DNA of 32,000 bases, from contig NC_014972.1 of the NCBI RefSeq assembly GCF_000186885.1, positions 150,001 through 182,000 on the forward strand. The letters run 5' to 3'. A program made the translations under genes and the position numbers. The notes under the pieces were generated by a model that ran no database searches, was not told where the DNA came from, and was given only the letters and a program-made list of their open reading frames with translations. Origin of the DNA: Desulfobulbus propionicus DSM 2032 (GTDB lineage: Bacteria > Desulfobacterota > Desulfobulbia > Desulfobulbales > Desulfobulbaceae). How positions within the stretch are numbered: the first letter of the stretch is position 1; each line of letters begins with the position of its first letter. This document shows, piece after piece, positions 7,534-16,157 of this stretch.

Positions 7534-7743
7534 ATGGATCTGAAAGAAAACCAGGCAGCCCTGATCCTCGAGGCCTCGTCCGATGGGGAAGTCACCGTGG
7601 ATGTGCAGGCGCAGAACCTGCAGGGCTTTGCAATCGCCCTGTGTCATGCGCTCGCCATTAAGCTCGTGAACGACGAGCAGCTGCAGGGCGAACTCATGGC
7701 CATGGTGGAAGCGGGAGAGCAACCCGAGAAACCGGCGGAGTAA
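7534..7743 (+). CDS. Uncharacterised small acidic protein, 69 aa (paralog copy 2)
   Basis: This is the inner part of ORF 7516..7743. Sequence: MDLKENQAALILEASSDGEVTVDVQAQNLQGFAIALCHALAIKLVNDEQLQGELMAMVEAGEQPEKPAE. It has the same A-rich leader as copy 1 and is followed by a strong terminator. Confidence 0.65.
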   Translation: MDLKENQAALILEASSDGEVTVDVQAQNLQGFAIALCHALAIKLVNDEQLQGELMAMVEAGEQPEKPAE

Positions 7744-7766
7744 TTGCCCGTTGACCCGATCATCCT

Positions 7767-7801
7767 GCCTGGAGACCATGACTTGGCTCCGGGCTTTTTT
7801 T
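7767..7801 (+). terminator. Rho-independent terminator (GCCTGGAG ... CTCCGGGC + TTTTTTT)
   Basis: The stem at 7767-7774 pairs with 7787-7794 and is followed by a 7-T run. Confidence 0.8.
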
Positions 7802-8024
7802 GTGGCAGCGGAGCGGTTGGCGATGGGGGGCTGGGGGATTCCCCTAGTAAGCGACCCGAGGGAGCATCGGCCAAGCGGGGTGTGGGTGAGGATCAAAGGA
7901 CGAAGAGCTAAGGTCGGTGTGACGGGTGCTCCCCGGAATCTCCTCTTCTCGGCCGTAGTTGAGACCGCTTTGGCGGTGGCGGCGAGGCCGTGGTGCGAGC
8001 GAGATCGCAGCGGAAGGCGCAGTT

Positions 8025-8750
8025 TTACCTGGCCTGGCGGTAAGAGGCATAGTGGCGCAGCACCCTGGCCACATAGGTTCTGGTTTCGGGGATGTTGGGG
8101 ATGGCGTCTTTGACCCGGCCCGGGCCGGCGTTGTAGGCGGCCAGGCTGAGGGCCACGTTGCCGTCGTAGCTGTCGAGCAGGGTACGCAGGTACCTGGTGC
8201 CGCCGGTGACGTTTTCCAGGGGATCGAGCGGGTTGGCCACCCGAAGTTCCCGGGCTGTGGCCGGCATGAGCTGCATCAGGCCCAGGGCGCCCCTGGCGGA
8301 CACGGCTTCGGGATCGAAGTTCGATTCCGTCTTGATCACCGCCTTGACGAGCAGCGGATCGACCCCGTGTTCCGTGGCAACAGACTCGATGGAGTCCTGC
8401 AGCGACCTGGCGGCCGGATGGTCGTTAGCCCGCGAGACGGTCGCCTTTGCCAATGCGTTCGGTCTGCCGGACAGGGAGTGCGGCCGTGGTCGTCGCGTCG
8501 AGCATCCAGGTTGGTGGGGAAGATTGTTCCTGGCCGGCACATAGTGGATTGCTCCGTTCCTGTCCATGGAGGCACAGACCGTTGCGGGTGCCTGGGCAGG
8601 CCAGAGGAGGGTGGCGACGAGCAGGAGCACCACAGGAACAAGGCCTCGCGTCTGCCACTCGCCCGTCTGCCAACCGGGGCCACCCTGCCTCTGCCTGGCC
8701 GTGCCCGGACCTTCTGCTGATTTGACTTTTTGTCGAAAAGTGCTAAGCAT
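8025..8750 (-). CDS. Lytic transglycosylase (SLT domain), conjugation-associated peptidoglycan hydrolase, 241 aa
   Basis: SLT motifs are present: IKTESNFDPEAVSARGALGLMQLMPATA ... AAYNAGPGRV. An N-terminal hydrophobic segment is VPVVLLLVATLLWPAQA. ATG at 8750. Confidence 0.88.
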   Translation of the reverse strand: MLSTFRQKVKSAEGPGTARQRQGGPGWQTGEWQTRGLVPVVLLLVATLLWPAQAPATVCASMDRNGAIHYVPARNNLPHQPGCSTRRPRPHSLSGRPNALAKATVSRANDHPAARSLQDSIESVATEHGVDPLLVKAVIKTESNFDPEAVSARGALGLMQLMPATARELRVANPLDPLENVTGGTRYLRTLLDSYDGNVALSLAAYNAGPGRVKDAIPNIPETRTYVARVLRHYASYRQAR

Positions 8751-8826
8751 TCGCCATCGACAAAGGCTCGACCCGTGAACAGGTCAGGAGCCCGCTGGTT
8801 TGCCCAATCGCTGGGGAGGAGAGGCT

Positions 8827-9099
8827 ATGGCTGCCGATGCCAACTGGACCACCATCTGCCCGCATTGCGGTGCTGCCTCCGAGGACGATGCCATCTGCCG
8901 AGCATGCGGCAAGTTGCTGGACGAGTCGCAGCCGATACGACCTTTTTCCGCAAGGCGCGTCATCGACAAGGTAGTAGCGTCCTGGAGTTCGCACCCCACA
9001 CCTCTCGGCGGGCATCCTTTTCCTTTTATTGAAGAAGAGCCTGAAGTTTGTCCGTCTTGGCGCATGTATCAGGGCAATATCTATCATTGGGATAAGTAA
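8827..9099 (+). CDS. Small zinc-ribbon protein, 90 aa (hypothetical)
   Basis: This is the inner part of ORF 8800..9099. The ATG at 8827 follows GGAGAGG. It has CPHCG ... CRACG (two CxxC pairs). It is convergent with traG and has lower GC than its neighbours. Confidence 0.45.
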   Translation: MAADANWTTICPHCGAASEDDAICRACGKLLDESQPIRPFSARRVIDKVVASWSSHPTPLGGHPFPFIEEEPEVCPSWRMYQGNIYHWDK

Positions 9100-9123
9100 G
9101 CTGTTTTTTCATGACAGAACGGT

Positions 9124-12100
9124 TCACTTCTTCTTGTGGATTTCAATCACAGGACCGGGCTGACTGTCCTCAGGCCCTGACACTCGCTCTGCCGGGGCTG
9201 TAAAAAAGCCCTCGGAGGTCGGCCTTTTCCCCTCACTGTCCACCACCCCCTTGAAGACCTTGCCAACGCCCTCGGCCGCCATGCCCTTGGCGTTGGTTCG
9301 TATCCTGCCCCTGCCCGACTCCTCGTACCGGTTGACGCTGCGCAGACTGTCCGCGTCAGTGATGGTTTGTTTCCCATTGGGCTCACGCATCGGCACCGGA
9401 TGCGGTTCCTTGCCCTGCAGGTTCCCCTCGTTGATCCAGCCGGTCTTGGCGGTAGCGGTCCCGGCCGCCTGCTCGACATATCCCTTCATCATCTCCTGAT
9501 CGTGCATCCGGCCCCTGGCCTGCTGGATGGCACTCTGCACCTCCGCACCGGTGGAACCCCAACCGTAACCGTGGCCGCTGACAAAGCCGCTGACGATATC
9601 CTGCATGGTGTTGACGCCGGCCGGGCCTTGCCGGGTAACATAGCTGTTGAAGTCGCTGATGGTCTTGCGGATCGTTTCCGGGGTCTCCTCGCCGTAGCGT
9701 TCCCGGGCGTAGTTCCTGATGAGGGCGGTGGTCAAGTCCGCACCGTAGGACTCCTGCGCGCGGTTGATCTCCCGAGCCTCGTCGAGGATGGAGTAGGCCT
9801 CGGTGGCGCCGATGCGCTTGGCCACGTTGGCCAGGTAATCCAGGCCACGGCCATCGCTGAAAGTCTGCGCCACTGCCTCGGAGCGGACCCTGGCTTCGTC
9901 GCGGGCAAAGGCCTTGGCCGTGTCTTCGGAGACATTGAAACTGACTCGTTCACCATCACCCCCTATGACTGTCAATTGGCCGCTGGCGCCAAGGTTTGCT
10001 CCAATGATTTTGCCTCCGACACCCAACGCGCTTTGTAGTTGGGTTCTTTGGATTTCATCCAGCGAGTGCATAAAACTCGACTGATCGTTGAACGCCCGCC
10101 GCCAGTTGCTGGAGAGGCTGTTGTTGAGCGTATCGCCGTAGCTGCGGTTGACCCCGCCGGAGAGGCTGTCGCGCTGCACCTGCTGCCAGAGCATGCCCCA
10201 GTTGCTGTCGCTGCCGAGACTGTGGGCGGCACCGACCACCTTCTGACGCACGGCCATGGCCCCCACCCGCACCGGGTCGAGGCCATGCACCGAGGCCTGG
10301 GTGGTGGTGTGGTGGCCCGCGCTGTCCACCGCATAGGCGGCCTTGCCCGCGGCCAGGGTGTCCTCCCGGGTGCCGGCGCCGCCCGCCCCGCGCAGGATGA
10401 CGCTGGAGGAGCCATCCGCATTGACCCGCTCCGCCCGTGAACGGGTGAGGCTGCCATCCGGCCCGGTGGCGACACTCACCGGTCCGCTGGCCGTGCCCAC
10501 CTGCTGGTTGGCCGAGGCCATCATGGTGGCGAACTCGCCCTGGGAGGCGCCCGCGGGCACCTCACCGGACTGCTGCAGACTGGCGCGGGCGTTCATGGCC
10601 GCGGTGTGGCTGCCCACGGATTTGTGCAGGCTCCAGGCCGAAGCCGCGGCGAGGTTGGCGAACCGGTGCTCGGCCATGCCGTCCAGCAGACCGGCGGCGC
10701 GGACCTGCTGCTGCATCGCCCCGGAGAGACCCTCCGGGGTGAGCAGCCCGCCGGCATGACTGCCCGCGCCCTGGACAATGGCGCTCAGGTTGCCGGCCAG
10801 CATGGCCAGGGCATGGCCGCCGAACCGGATGAGCATCATCGAGAACAGGCTGGCGAGCATGATGCCGGCGGAGCGGATCACCCCGAACATGGCCAGCATC
10901 TTGGTCGAGACCGAGGGCAGGGCGGCCAGGGCGTACACTCCCAGGTTCGACTGGCGCACCTCCTCGAACCCGCGCGCGGCATAGTCCATGGCCGCGCCGT
11001 GGATCACCGCGTCGGTAACACCCCAGGTGGAGAGGAACACGAAAAAGCCGAGCAGGACCGAGGCGGCCTTGCCAACGATCGGCGTGGGCAGGAACAGCAC
11101 CAGGAAGGGGATCACGCCGATGGCGATGGCGGTCAGTATTGCGCGGATCACCGGGATCCACTCGTTCATGGTCAGGCCGACACCGAGACCGGAGGCGGTA
11201 ATCCTCCGGTCGCTCTCCATGAGCACCGCAGTCTCGGGATCGTCCTGAAAGTAGAAGCTGTAGAGGATCTCGGCGATCTGCCGCTGCTGCAGGAGCCGCT
11301 CCGGCGGCACGGCCGTGCCGGTGGCAAAGGTCATGGTCGCGTTGATCAGGTTGCGGCAGGTGGTCAGCTCGGCGCTGTTGTCCGGATCGAAGTAGGCCTT
11401 GCTGCAGACCTTGCGGATCGCCTCGCCATAGTTGCTGGTGGCGGCGTACAGGGGCCGCAGCTGGTTCCAGGCCTGGGTGCAGCTCATGGTGGCGCCCTCG
11501 GGGTGGGCACTGTCGTAATAGACCGTGAACACGGAGGGGTTGACCGCCTGGCTGAGGTTCGCGAGAAAATCGGTACTCGTGTTGCGCAGGTCGTCAAGCG
11601 ACAGGGTGGTGCCCGGCCGCATGAGTTCGAAGGTGACGCAGTCCTTGACGTAGCGGATCATGGAGGTGCGGGCGTGGTTATTCTTGGGCGTGGAGCCCTT
11701 GACCGCTTCCAGGGCCTTGAAGCCGATGCCGCCGGCGGTGCGGCTGTAGGCGGCATCGGGTGCGGCCGCGGTGTCTATGATGTCGACGAGGCCGCGCTCG
11801 ATCAGGTTGAGGGCGCCGGCGGTGAAGACAATGGCGTCCGGCAGGTCGCCCACGGTCTGGAACCGGTTGAGCACCGGGTCGTAGACGGTGAGGCTGCCCT
11901 TGGGCACGAACACGGCCAGGTAGACGACCGCGCCGAACAGGACCGGCACGGTCCAGGTGAGCGGGATGACCCGCGCGCCGGTGGCGGCCCGGGCGATCCA
12001 GGCGCCCGAACCAGCGAGTACACCCATGATGGTCATCACCGTGATCAGTCCCTGGTAGCCGGCATCGCTGAAGATGAGGGCAACCCGGGTGAACGCCTGG

Positions 12101-12219
12101 ACAATGGGGTTGAAGCCGCCGTAGGTGTAGTACTCCATGTCCAGGGCCAGGGCGGCCTCGGGTGGCAGGAGAAGCGCCAGCAGAAACAGAGCAATTGTCT
12201 TGTGCATCATGATTGTCAC
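9124..12219 (-). CDS. traG: F-type conjugal transfer mating-pair stabilisation protein TraG (TraG_N domain + long Gly/Ala-rich C-terminal region), 1031 aa
   Basis: It has a signal/TM N-terminus, then LDMEYYTYGGFNPIVQAFTRVALIF and multiple TM segments typical of TraG_N. The GTG at 12219 overlaps the traH stop; ATG alternatives lie at 12210 and 12207. Confidence 0.85.
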   Translation of the reverse strand: MTIMMHKTIALFLLALLLPPEAALALDMEYYTYGGFNPIVQAFTRVALIFSDAGYQGLITVMTIMGVLAGSGAWIARAATGARVIPLTWTVPVLFGAVVYLAVFVPKGSLTVYDPVLNRFQTVGDLPDAIVFTAGALNLIERGLVDIIDTAAAPDAAYSRTAGGIGFKALEAVKGSTPKNNHARTSMIRYVKDCVTFELMRPGTTLSLDDLRNTSTDFLANLSQAVNPSVFTVYYDSAHPEGATMSCTQAWNQLRPLYAATSNYGEAIRKVCSKAYFDPDNSAELTTCRNLINATMTFATGTAVPPERLLQQRQIAEILYSFYFQDDPETAVLMESDRRITASGLGVGLTMNEWIPVIRAILTAIAIGVIPFLVLFLPTPIVGKAASVLLGFFVFLSTWGVTDAVIHGAAMDYAARGFEEVRQSNLGVYALAALPSVSTKMLAMFGVIRSAGIMLASLFSMMLIRFGGHALAMLAGNLSAIVQGAGSHAGGLLTPEGLSGAMQQQVRAAGLLDGMAEHRFANLAAASAWSLHKSVGSHTAAMNARASLQQSGEVPAGASQGEFATMMASANQQVGTASGPVSVATGPDGSLTRSRAERVNADGSSSVILRGAGGAGTREDTLAAGKAAYAVDSAGHHTTTQASVHGLDPVRVGAMAVRQKVVGAAHSLGSDSNWGMLWQQVQRDSLSGGVNRSYGDTLNNSLSSNWRRAFNDQSSFMHSLDEIQRTQLQSALGVGGKIIGANLGASGQLTVIGGDGERVSFNVSEDTAKAFARDEARVRSEAVAQTFSDGRGLDYLANVAKRIGATEAYSILDEAREINRAQESYGADLTTALIRNYARERYGEETPETIRKTISDFNSYVTRQGPAGVNTMQDIVSGFVSGHGYGWGSTGAEVQSAIQQARGRMHDQEMMKGYVEQAAGTATAKTGWINEGNLQGKEPHPVPMREPNGKQTITDADSLRSVNRYEESGRGRIRTNAKGMAAEGVGKVFKGVVDSEGKRPTSEGFFTAPAERVSGPEDSQPGPVIEIHKKK

Positions 12220-13649
12220 TGGGCCTGCACCCGGTCGGCCAGGTCCTTGCCGTAGCGCCGGGTGATCTCGGCGGCCATCTGGGACTCCAGCCGCTGCATG
12301 TGGTTGAGATAGGTGACGATGGTGTTCATCTCGCCCGCAGCGGCGATGTAGCTGGTCTTGGCAGCCTCCTTGAGCGAGCGGATGCGCCGGAGCATGAGGG
12401 TGAGCCCCTGGTCGGCGTGCTCAGCAAAGAGCACGGCCGCGCATTGCTCCGGTCCCTGGCCGCCGGCGGGACCGGCCTTCTTCTCGAGCACCTCCTTGGC
12501 CTTGGCGCCGATGGCCTCGCCGCGGACGTAGAGGTCGGAGAGCATCTGCAGGCTGTAGGCCTTGGCGGTGATGTCGGCCAGCCCGGGGATGACCGCGTCA
12601 CGGGTACCGGTGCCCACGGCGGTCTTGAGGATGGGCAGGGGCGCAAGCGGGTTGCCCTCGATGAAAGTCTGCTCGACCGCGCTCAGGCTGCCCTTGGCGG
12701 CCAACTTGTCGGCGATGGTGTTCAGTTTGCTGGTCACCGACTCGACCAGGTCGCGGCCCGCGTCGGTGATCCGGCTGCAACCACCGGTGGCGCTCTTGGC
12801 ATAGACCTCACCGTCGGTGAAGGCCTCCAGGTCGTCCGGGTTGTTCTGGGCGCAGGGCGGGATGGTGGCGACCCGGTAACCGTTGGCCGCCCCTTCGAGC
12901 TGGATATCACCCACCAGGCCGCGGAGCAGGTTGACGTGGCTGGTCGGGATGGACAGGCGGCTGCCGACGTTCGCCAACAGCGAACCGCCGGAGAGGAAGA
13001 TGGCGCGGATGTCGGCGTTGCAGCCACTGGTCACGGCGGCCAGGTCCGCGGGCTTGGGCTGATTGTTGTTGGCCCGGTCCTCCTTGGTGAGGATGTCCCA
13101 CATCTCGGCCGTGCCGCTCACCAGCTTGTTCTCCTTGATGGCCGTGCCGAGCCGCTCGCGCATCACCTCGGTGGAGTGGAAGCCGTTTCCGTCGGCCACG
13201 ATCCCGACCAGTTCCTTGGCCGCGGCGCACTCGTCGATCTGCATGGAGTTGAGCTTGTCGGCCAGGGCCTCGAAGTTCTTGATGGTGTTCGAGCACTGCT
13301 CACACAGGGTCTTCAGGGCCAGGTCAAAGGCCACGGCCGAGGCGTTGGTGAGGATGGCCTGGAGCTTGTCCACCAGGTAGTCGGTGTTCATGAAGCTGAA
13401 CCCGCCCATGAACACGTCGATACCGCCGCAACCGCTCTTGATGCGCGGCATCTCCACGGTGACCGGGTACTCGGCGGTGCTCCGCCAGCGGCCGGAGAAG
13501 CTGCCGCCGGCGTAGTAACCACGCTGCTGACCGCTGAGGTAATCGGGACTGGTGGTGGCCTGCTGCTGCAGCCAGTCGTCGACCCAGCCGGCATGGGCAG
13601 CCGGGGCCAGCAGGAGCGCGAGGACAAGGGGAGTGATGAGCAATCGCAT
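12216..13649 (-). CDS. traH: F-type conjugal transfer pilus assembly protein TraH, 477 aa
   Basis: This is the inner part of ORF 12216..14021. The ATG at 13649 follows GGAGG. The signal peptide is MRLLITPLVLALLLAPAAHA, then GWVDDWL ... SGCGGIDVFMGGFSFMNTDYLVDKL, the characteristic TraH N-terminus. Confidence 0.88.
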   Translation of the reverse strand: MRLLITPLVLALLLAPAAHAGWVDDWLQQQATTSPDYLSGQQRGYYAGGSFSGRWRSTAEYPVTVEMPRIKSGCGGIDVFMGGFSFMNTDYLVDKLQAILTNASAVAFDLALKTLCEQCSNTIKNFEALADKLNSMQIDECAAAKELVGIVADGNGFHSTEVMRERLGTAIKENKLVSGTAEMWDILTKEDRANNNQPKPADLAAVTSGCNADIRAIFLSGGSLLANVGSRLSIPTSHVNLLRGLVGDIQLEGAANGYRVATIPPCAQNNPDDLEAFTDGEVYAKSATGGCSRITDAGRDLVESVTSKLNTIADKLAAKGSLSAVEQTFIEGNPLAPLPILKTAVGTGTRDAVIPGLADITAKAYSLQMLSDLYVRGEAIGAKAKEVLEKKAGPAGGQGPEQCAAVLFAEHADQGLTLMLRRIRSLKEAAKTSYIAAAGEMNTIVTYLNHMQRLESQMAAEITRRYGKDLADRVQAQ

Positions 13650-13666
13650 GGCGTCCTCCGTTGGAA

Positions 13667-14593
13667 TCAGGGGGTGACAGACCCCTTCCAGGGCGCTGGG
13701 GTGTTGAGGATCGCGGCCGGGTCCAGGGCGCTGCCCTTTTGGAACTCGTAGGTGGTGAACGAGTCCGGCCCGGTGTCGCCGCGCAGGAAGCGGATTGCCT
13801 GGGCGAGTTTGCGCTCGATCTCGGGCAGGGTGACCACGCCGGTGGCAATGGCCATGGACTCCTGACGGTCCTGGCGGATGAGCAGCAGGGTCGGGGTGAC
13901 ACTCACCTTGAAGCGCAGGGCCAGGTCTGGTTGAGCGGTGAGGTCCACCGGCCGCACCTGCCAGCCGTGGCGGTCGACGAAGTGGGCGAGGATCTCGGCC
14001 TGCTGGGTGCAGAACCCGCAACCCGGGGCGACGAAGAACAGCAGGGCGTGATCAGTGCGGGCCGTGTCGATGGTCCGGCTGATCTCGTCCTGCTGCAGCC
14101 GCACCCGCGCGGCCACGCCCGGGGTGGAGACCGGGTACACCTGGTTGAGGGTAAACAGGTCGGCCCGTTTCTGGGTGACGTACTGGGTGGCGTTGGCATA
14201 GGCCAGGGCCTTGCGCCGGGCGATATCCTGGATGGACAGGTACTCGAGGATGTTTTGTTCGGTCGGGTACTGGACCGCCTTTTTCTGCAGGCCGTTGAGC
14301 AGTTGCTGGAAGTCGTCCGGATACAGAGTCCACAGTTCCTCGGTGGAGTAGTTGGCGAGGGAGACATCGCGGGATACAGACTGCACCGATGGCACCGGTT
14401 GGTCCGGAGGTTGTTCCACCTCCGGTTCGGCCGGCGGATCCTCGTACCAGAACCAGCCGTGCTTGCTCTGGTCGTAGAACCCTGGCGTGTCTGCTGAGGA
14501 CCGGTTGTCACCCCAGGCGAGCGTGGCCACCAGGACCAGCGCGCAGCAGAGGCTACCAGAGCGGCAGGGCCTGATGGAGGATCTCGCGTGCAT
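13667..14593 (-). CDS. traF: F-type conjugal transfer protein TraF (thioredoxin fold, intact CxxC), 308 aa
   Basis: This is the inner part of ORF 13667..14731. Motifs: GFYDQSKHGWFWYEDPP and LLFFVAPGCGFCTQQAEILAHFVDRHGW (TraF/TrbB thioredoxin-like). The start is uncertain; the ATG at 14593 gives a signal-like N-terminus. Confidence 0.82.
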   Translation of the reverse strand: MHARSSIRPCRSGSLCCALVLVATLAWGDNRSSADTPGFYDQSKHGWFWYEDPPAEPEVEQPPDQPVPSVQSVSRDVSLANYSTEELWTLYPDDFQQLLNGLQKKAVQYPTEQNILEYLSIQDIARRKALAYANATQYVTQKRADLFTLNQVYPVSTPGVAARVRLQQDEISRTIDTARTDHALLFFVAPGCGFCTQQAEILAHFVDRHGWQVRPVDLTAQPDLALRFKVSVTPTLLLIRQDRQESMAIATGVVTLPEIERKLAQAIRFLRGDTGPDSFTTYEFQKGSALDPAAILNTPAPWKGSVTP

Positions 14594-15080
14594 CGACAAA
14601 ACCAAAATACCTGCTGTCATAACTGCGGGGATGGGTGCCGACGAGGAACAGCTGTCCAGTCGGCACCGGACCGTTGTGGGTGAACCGCGGCAGCGGCCGC
14701 CCCTGGTTGTCGGTGGCAAGGGCCTGACCAAGCGGCCGGCCGTCGCAGGTGAACCGGTGTTCCGCGTCCACTTGCAGCCACCCGCCCGGCCGGCAGCCGA
14801 CCCGCTTGATCATCCGTTCCCGGTTCGCGTTCAGTCCCTGGCGGACCTGGGCCAGGTCGCGGTGGCGGAACACCAGGTAGTCGCCGGTCTCGATCTGTGC
14901 GGGCACCGGCCGGAGCAGGAAAACCCGGTGATCGAGGGATGCGCTGGTGGCCACGGTGATCTGTCCGGGCAGCCAACTACCTAGCAGGCAGCTGGCGAGC
15001 ACTATCAGGGCCACCACCCGCTCGTGGCGGTTCAGTCGCCAGTCACGGTCAGGGGATGCGGAGTTCGGGTTCGCGGCCAT
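14553..15080 (-). CDS. S26-family conjugative signal peptidase (TraF/TrhF/TrhP type), 175 aa
   Basis: This is the inner part of ORF 14553..15191. It has an N-terminal TM segment (VVALIVLASCLLGSWL), SASLDHRVFLL, MIKRVGCRPGG and THPRSYDSRYFGFV, matching signal peptidase I / IncP TraF-like motifs. Confidence 0.8.
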   Translation of the reverse strand: MAANPNSASPDRDWRLNRHERVVALIVLASCLLGSWLPGQITVATSASLDHRVFLLRPVPAQIETGDYLVFRHRDLAQVRQGLNANRERMIKRVGCRPGGWLQVDAEHRFTCDGRPLGQALATDNQGRPLPRFTHNGPVPTGQLFLVGTHPRSYDSRYFGFVDAREILHQALPLW

Positions 15081-15366
15081 TTTTGAGCACCACCTCCTTG
15101 AGGAGGATCGTGCGGTTGGGCGGCTGCGCCCGGAACACCTGCTCCAGCTGCTCCAGCCCCTGTTGCCACTGGGCCTCGGTGATCTCGCCATTGGCGAGCA
15201 GGGCCTGCTGGGTGCGGAGGTAGCCCTTCAGGTCAAAGGCCACCACCCGCGGCACGAACCAGCGGTCATAGGTGAACAGGCTCACTCCGGTGACCACCAG
15301 GGCAATGAGCACCACTTCCAGGTAGCCGGGCCGGACAGATTGTTTTTCTGGGACCAGTGGCGTCAT
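15049..15366 (-). CDS. trbI: Small inner-membrane protein, TrbI (F-type)-like, 105 aa
   Basis: It has one N-terminal TM segment (YLEVVLIALVVTGVSLFTY), then VVAFDLKGYLRTQQALLANGEITEAQWQQGLEQLEQVF ... TILLKEVVLKNG, which resembles the TrbI_Ftype pattern as I recall it. An ATGA overlap links it to the trbC stop. Confidence 0.55.
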   Translation of the reverse strand: MTPLVPEKQSVRPGYLEVVLIALVVTGVSLFTYDRWFVPRVVAFDLKGYLRTQQALLANGEITEAQWQQGLEQLEQVFRAQPPNRTILLKEVVLKNGREPELRIP

Positions 15367-16157
15367 TGCCCACCTCGCAGGCTGGCGATCAGGCCAGCCA
15401 GTGCCGGGCTGTCCGCCGCTTTGTGGATGCGTTCGAGCAGCACGGCCAGTTGGGCCTCGCCCTGGACGGACCAGGCGCGGCTGCCGTTGTCATAGACCAG
15501 GGTCGGGACCTCGGTGACACCGTATTGCCTGAACAGCACCGGATTGATCCGCAGGGGTACCTGCACCCGCTCGCAGCTGTTCGCGTCCGTGTCCCGGCAG
15601 GTCGGTTCCTTCTGCAGCACCCGCTGGAAGAAGCGGGTGTTGCTTGGCCAGTCGTCCAGTCCGTGCGGCAGGCCGGCGAAGACCGGGACGACTTGTTCGT
15701 CACCGAGACGGGCGGTCCCGGCCAGCAAGCGGCGGAGCGCGTCCTCCCCCATGCTGCTAGAGAGGAAGAGGTAGAGGTGCTCACTGGTCGCGAGTTGGCT
15801 CGTCTGTTGTTTTGGATCACCGGCCTGCGTGGCCTTCAACGTCTCCGCGACCTTTGCCCGCTCGCCCTGCAGCCGTTTCTGCACGGCCGGCGAGGCGAAC
15901 CGTTCCATGACTTGTCGCGCCGCTGCCGTTCCGGCCGCAGCCTGGCGATTGGCGGGCAGTTCCATGGTTGTGGCCGCTGCCCTGGCCGTGTCGACCACCT
16001 TCTCCACCGCCAGACCGGCCGCCTGATCCCGGGCGGCTTCCTGCGCCTGCGCCACACCATCTTTGCTCTCCTGTTCTGTCCTGTTGCTGGCCCCGGCCGG
16101 CTGCACCGCGATCAGCAGGGCCAGGACCACCAGGCCTACTCGCAGCAGGTGCAGCAT
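15363..16157 (-). CDS. trbC: F-type pilin assembly protein TrbC, 264 aa
   Basis: This is the inner part of ORF 15363..16346. The ATG at 16157 follows GGAGG. The signal peptide is MLHLLRVGLVVLALLIAVQPAGA. The C-terminal part is LYLFLSSSMGEDALRRLL ... VPVFAGLP ... RINPVLFRQYGVTEVPTLVY, typical of TrbC. Confidence 0.75.
   Translation of the reverse strand: MLHLLRVGLVVLALLIAVQPAGASNRTEQESKDGVAQAQEAARDQAAGLAVEKVVDTARAAATTMELPANRQAAAGTAAARQVMERFASPAVQKRLQGERAKVAETLKATQAGDPKQQTSQLATSEHLYLFLSSSMGEDALRRLLAGTARLGDEQVVPVFAGLPHGLDDWPSNTRFFQRVLQKEPTCRDTDANSCERVQVPLRINPVLFRQYGVTEVPTLVYDNGSRAWSVQGEAQLAVLLERIHKAADSPALAGLIASLRGGQ

Noticed and set aside
5266-7743. A diversity-generating (DGR-like) or hypervariable relationship between the small-protein copies.
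   Set aside because: The substitutions between the copies involve all four bases with no adenine bias. No reverse transcriptase gene is present in the window.
8751-8826. The lytic transglycosylase as part of the tra operon.
   Set aside because: It is separated from traG by an oppositely oriented zinc-ribbon gene and must have its own promoter. It is functionally associated but not co-transcribed, so it is annotated separately rather than flagged as a finding.
10606-12255. Very long plus-strand ORFs antisense to tra genes: 10606..12255 (549 aa), 12213..13751 (512 aa), 17494..18918 (474 aa), 20611..21972 (453 aa), 19165..20220 and 15968..17068. ORFs 2129..3289 and 2037..2810, antisense to copA, belong to the same class.
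   Set aside because: These are typical shadow ORFs of GC-rich coding DNA. Their translations are low-complexity (G/R/A/H/D/V-rich), they lack an RBS, and they lie opposite genes with clear family motifs.
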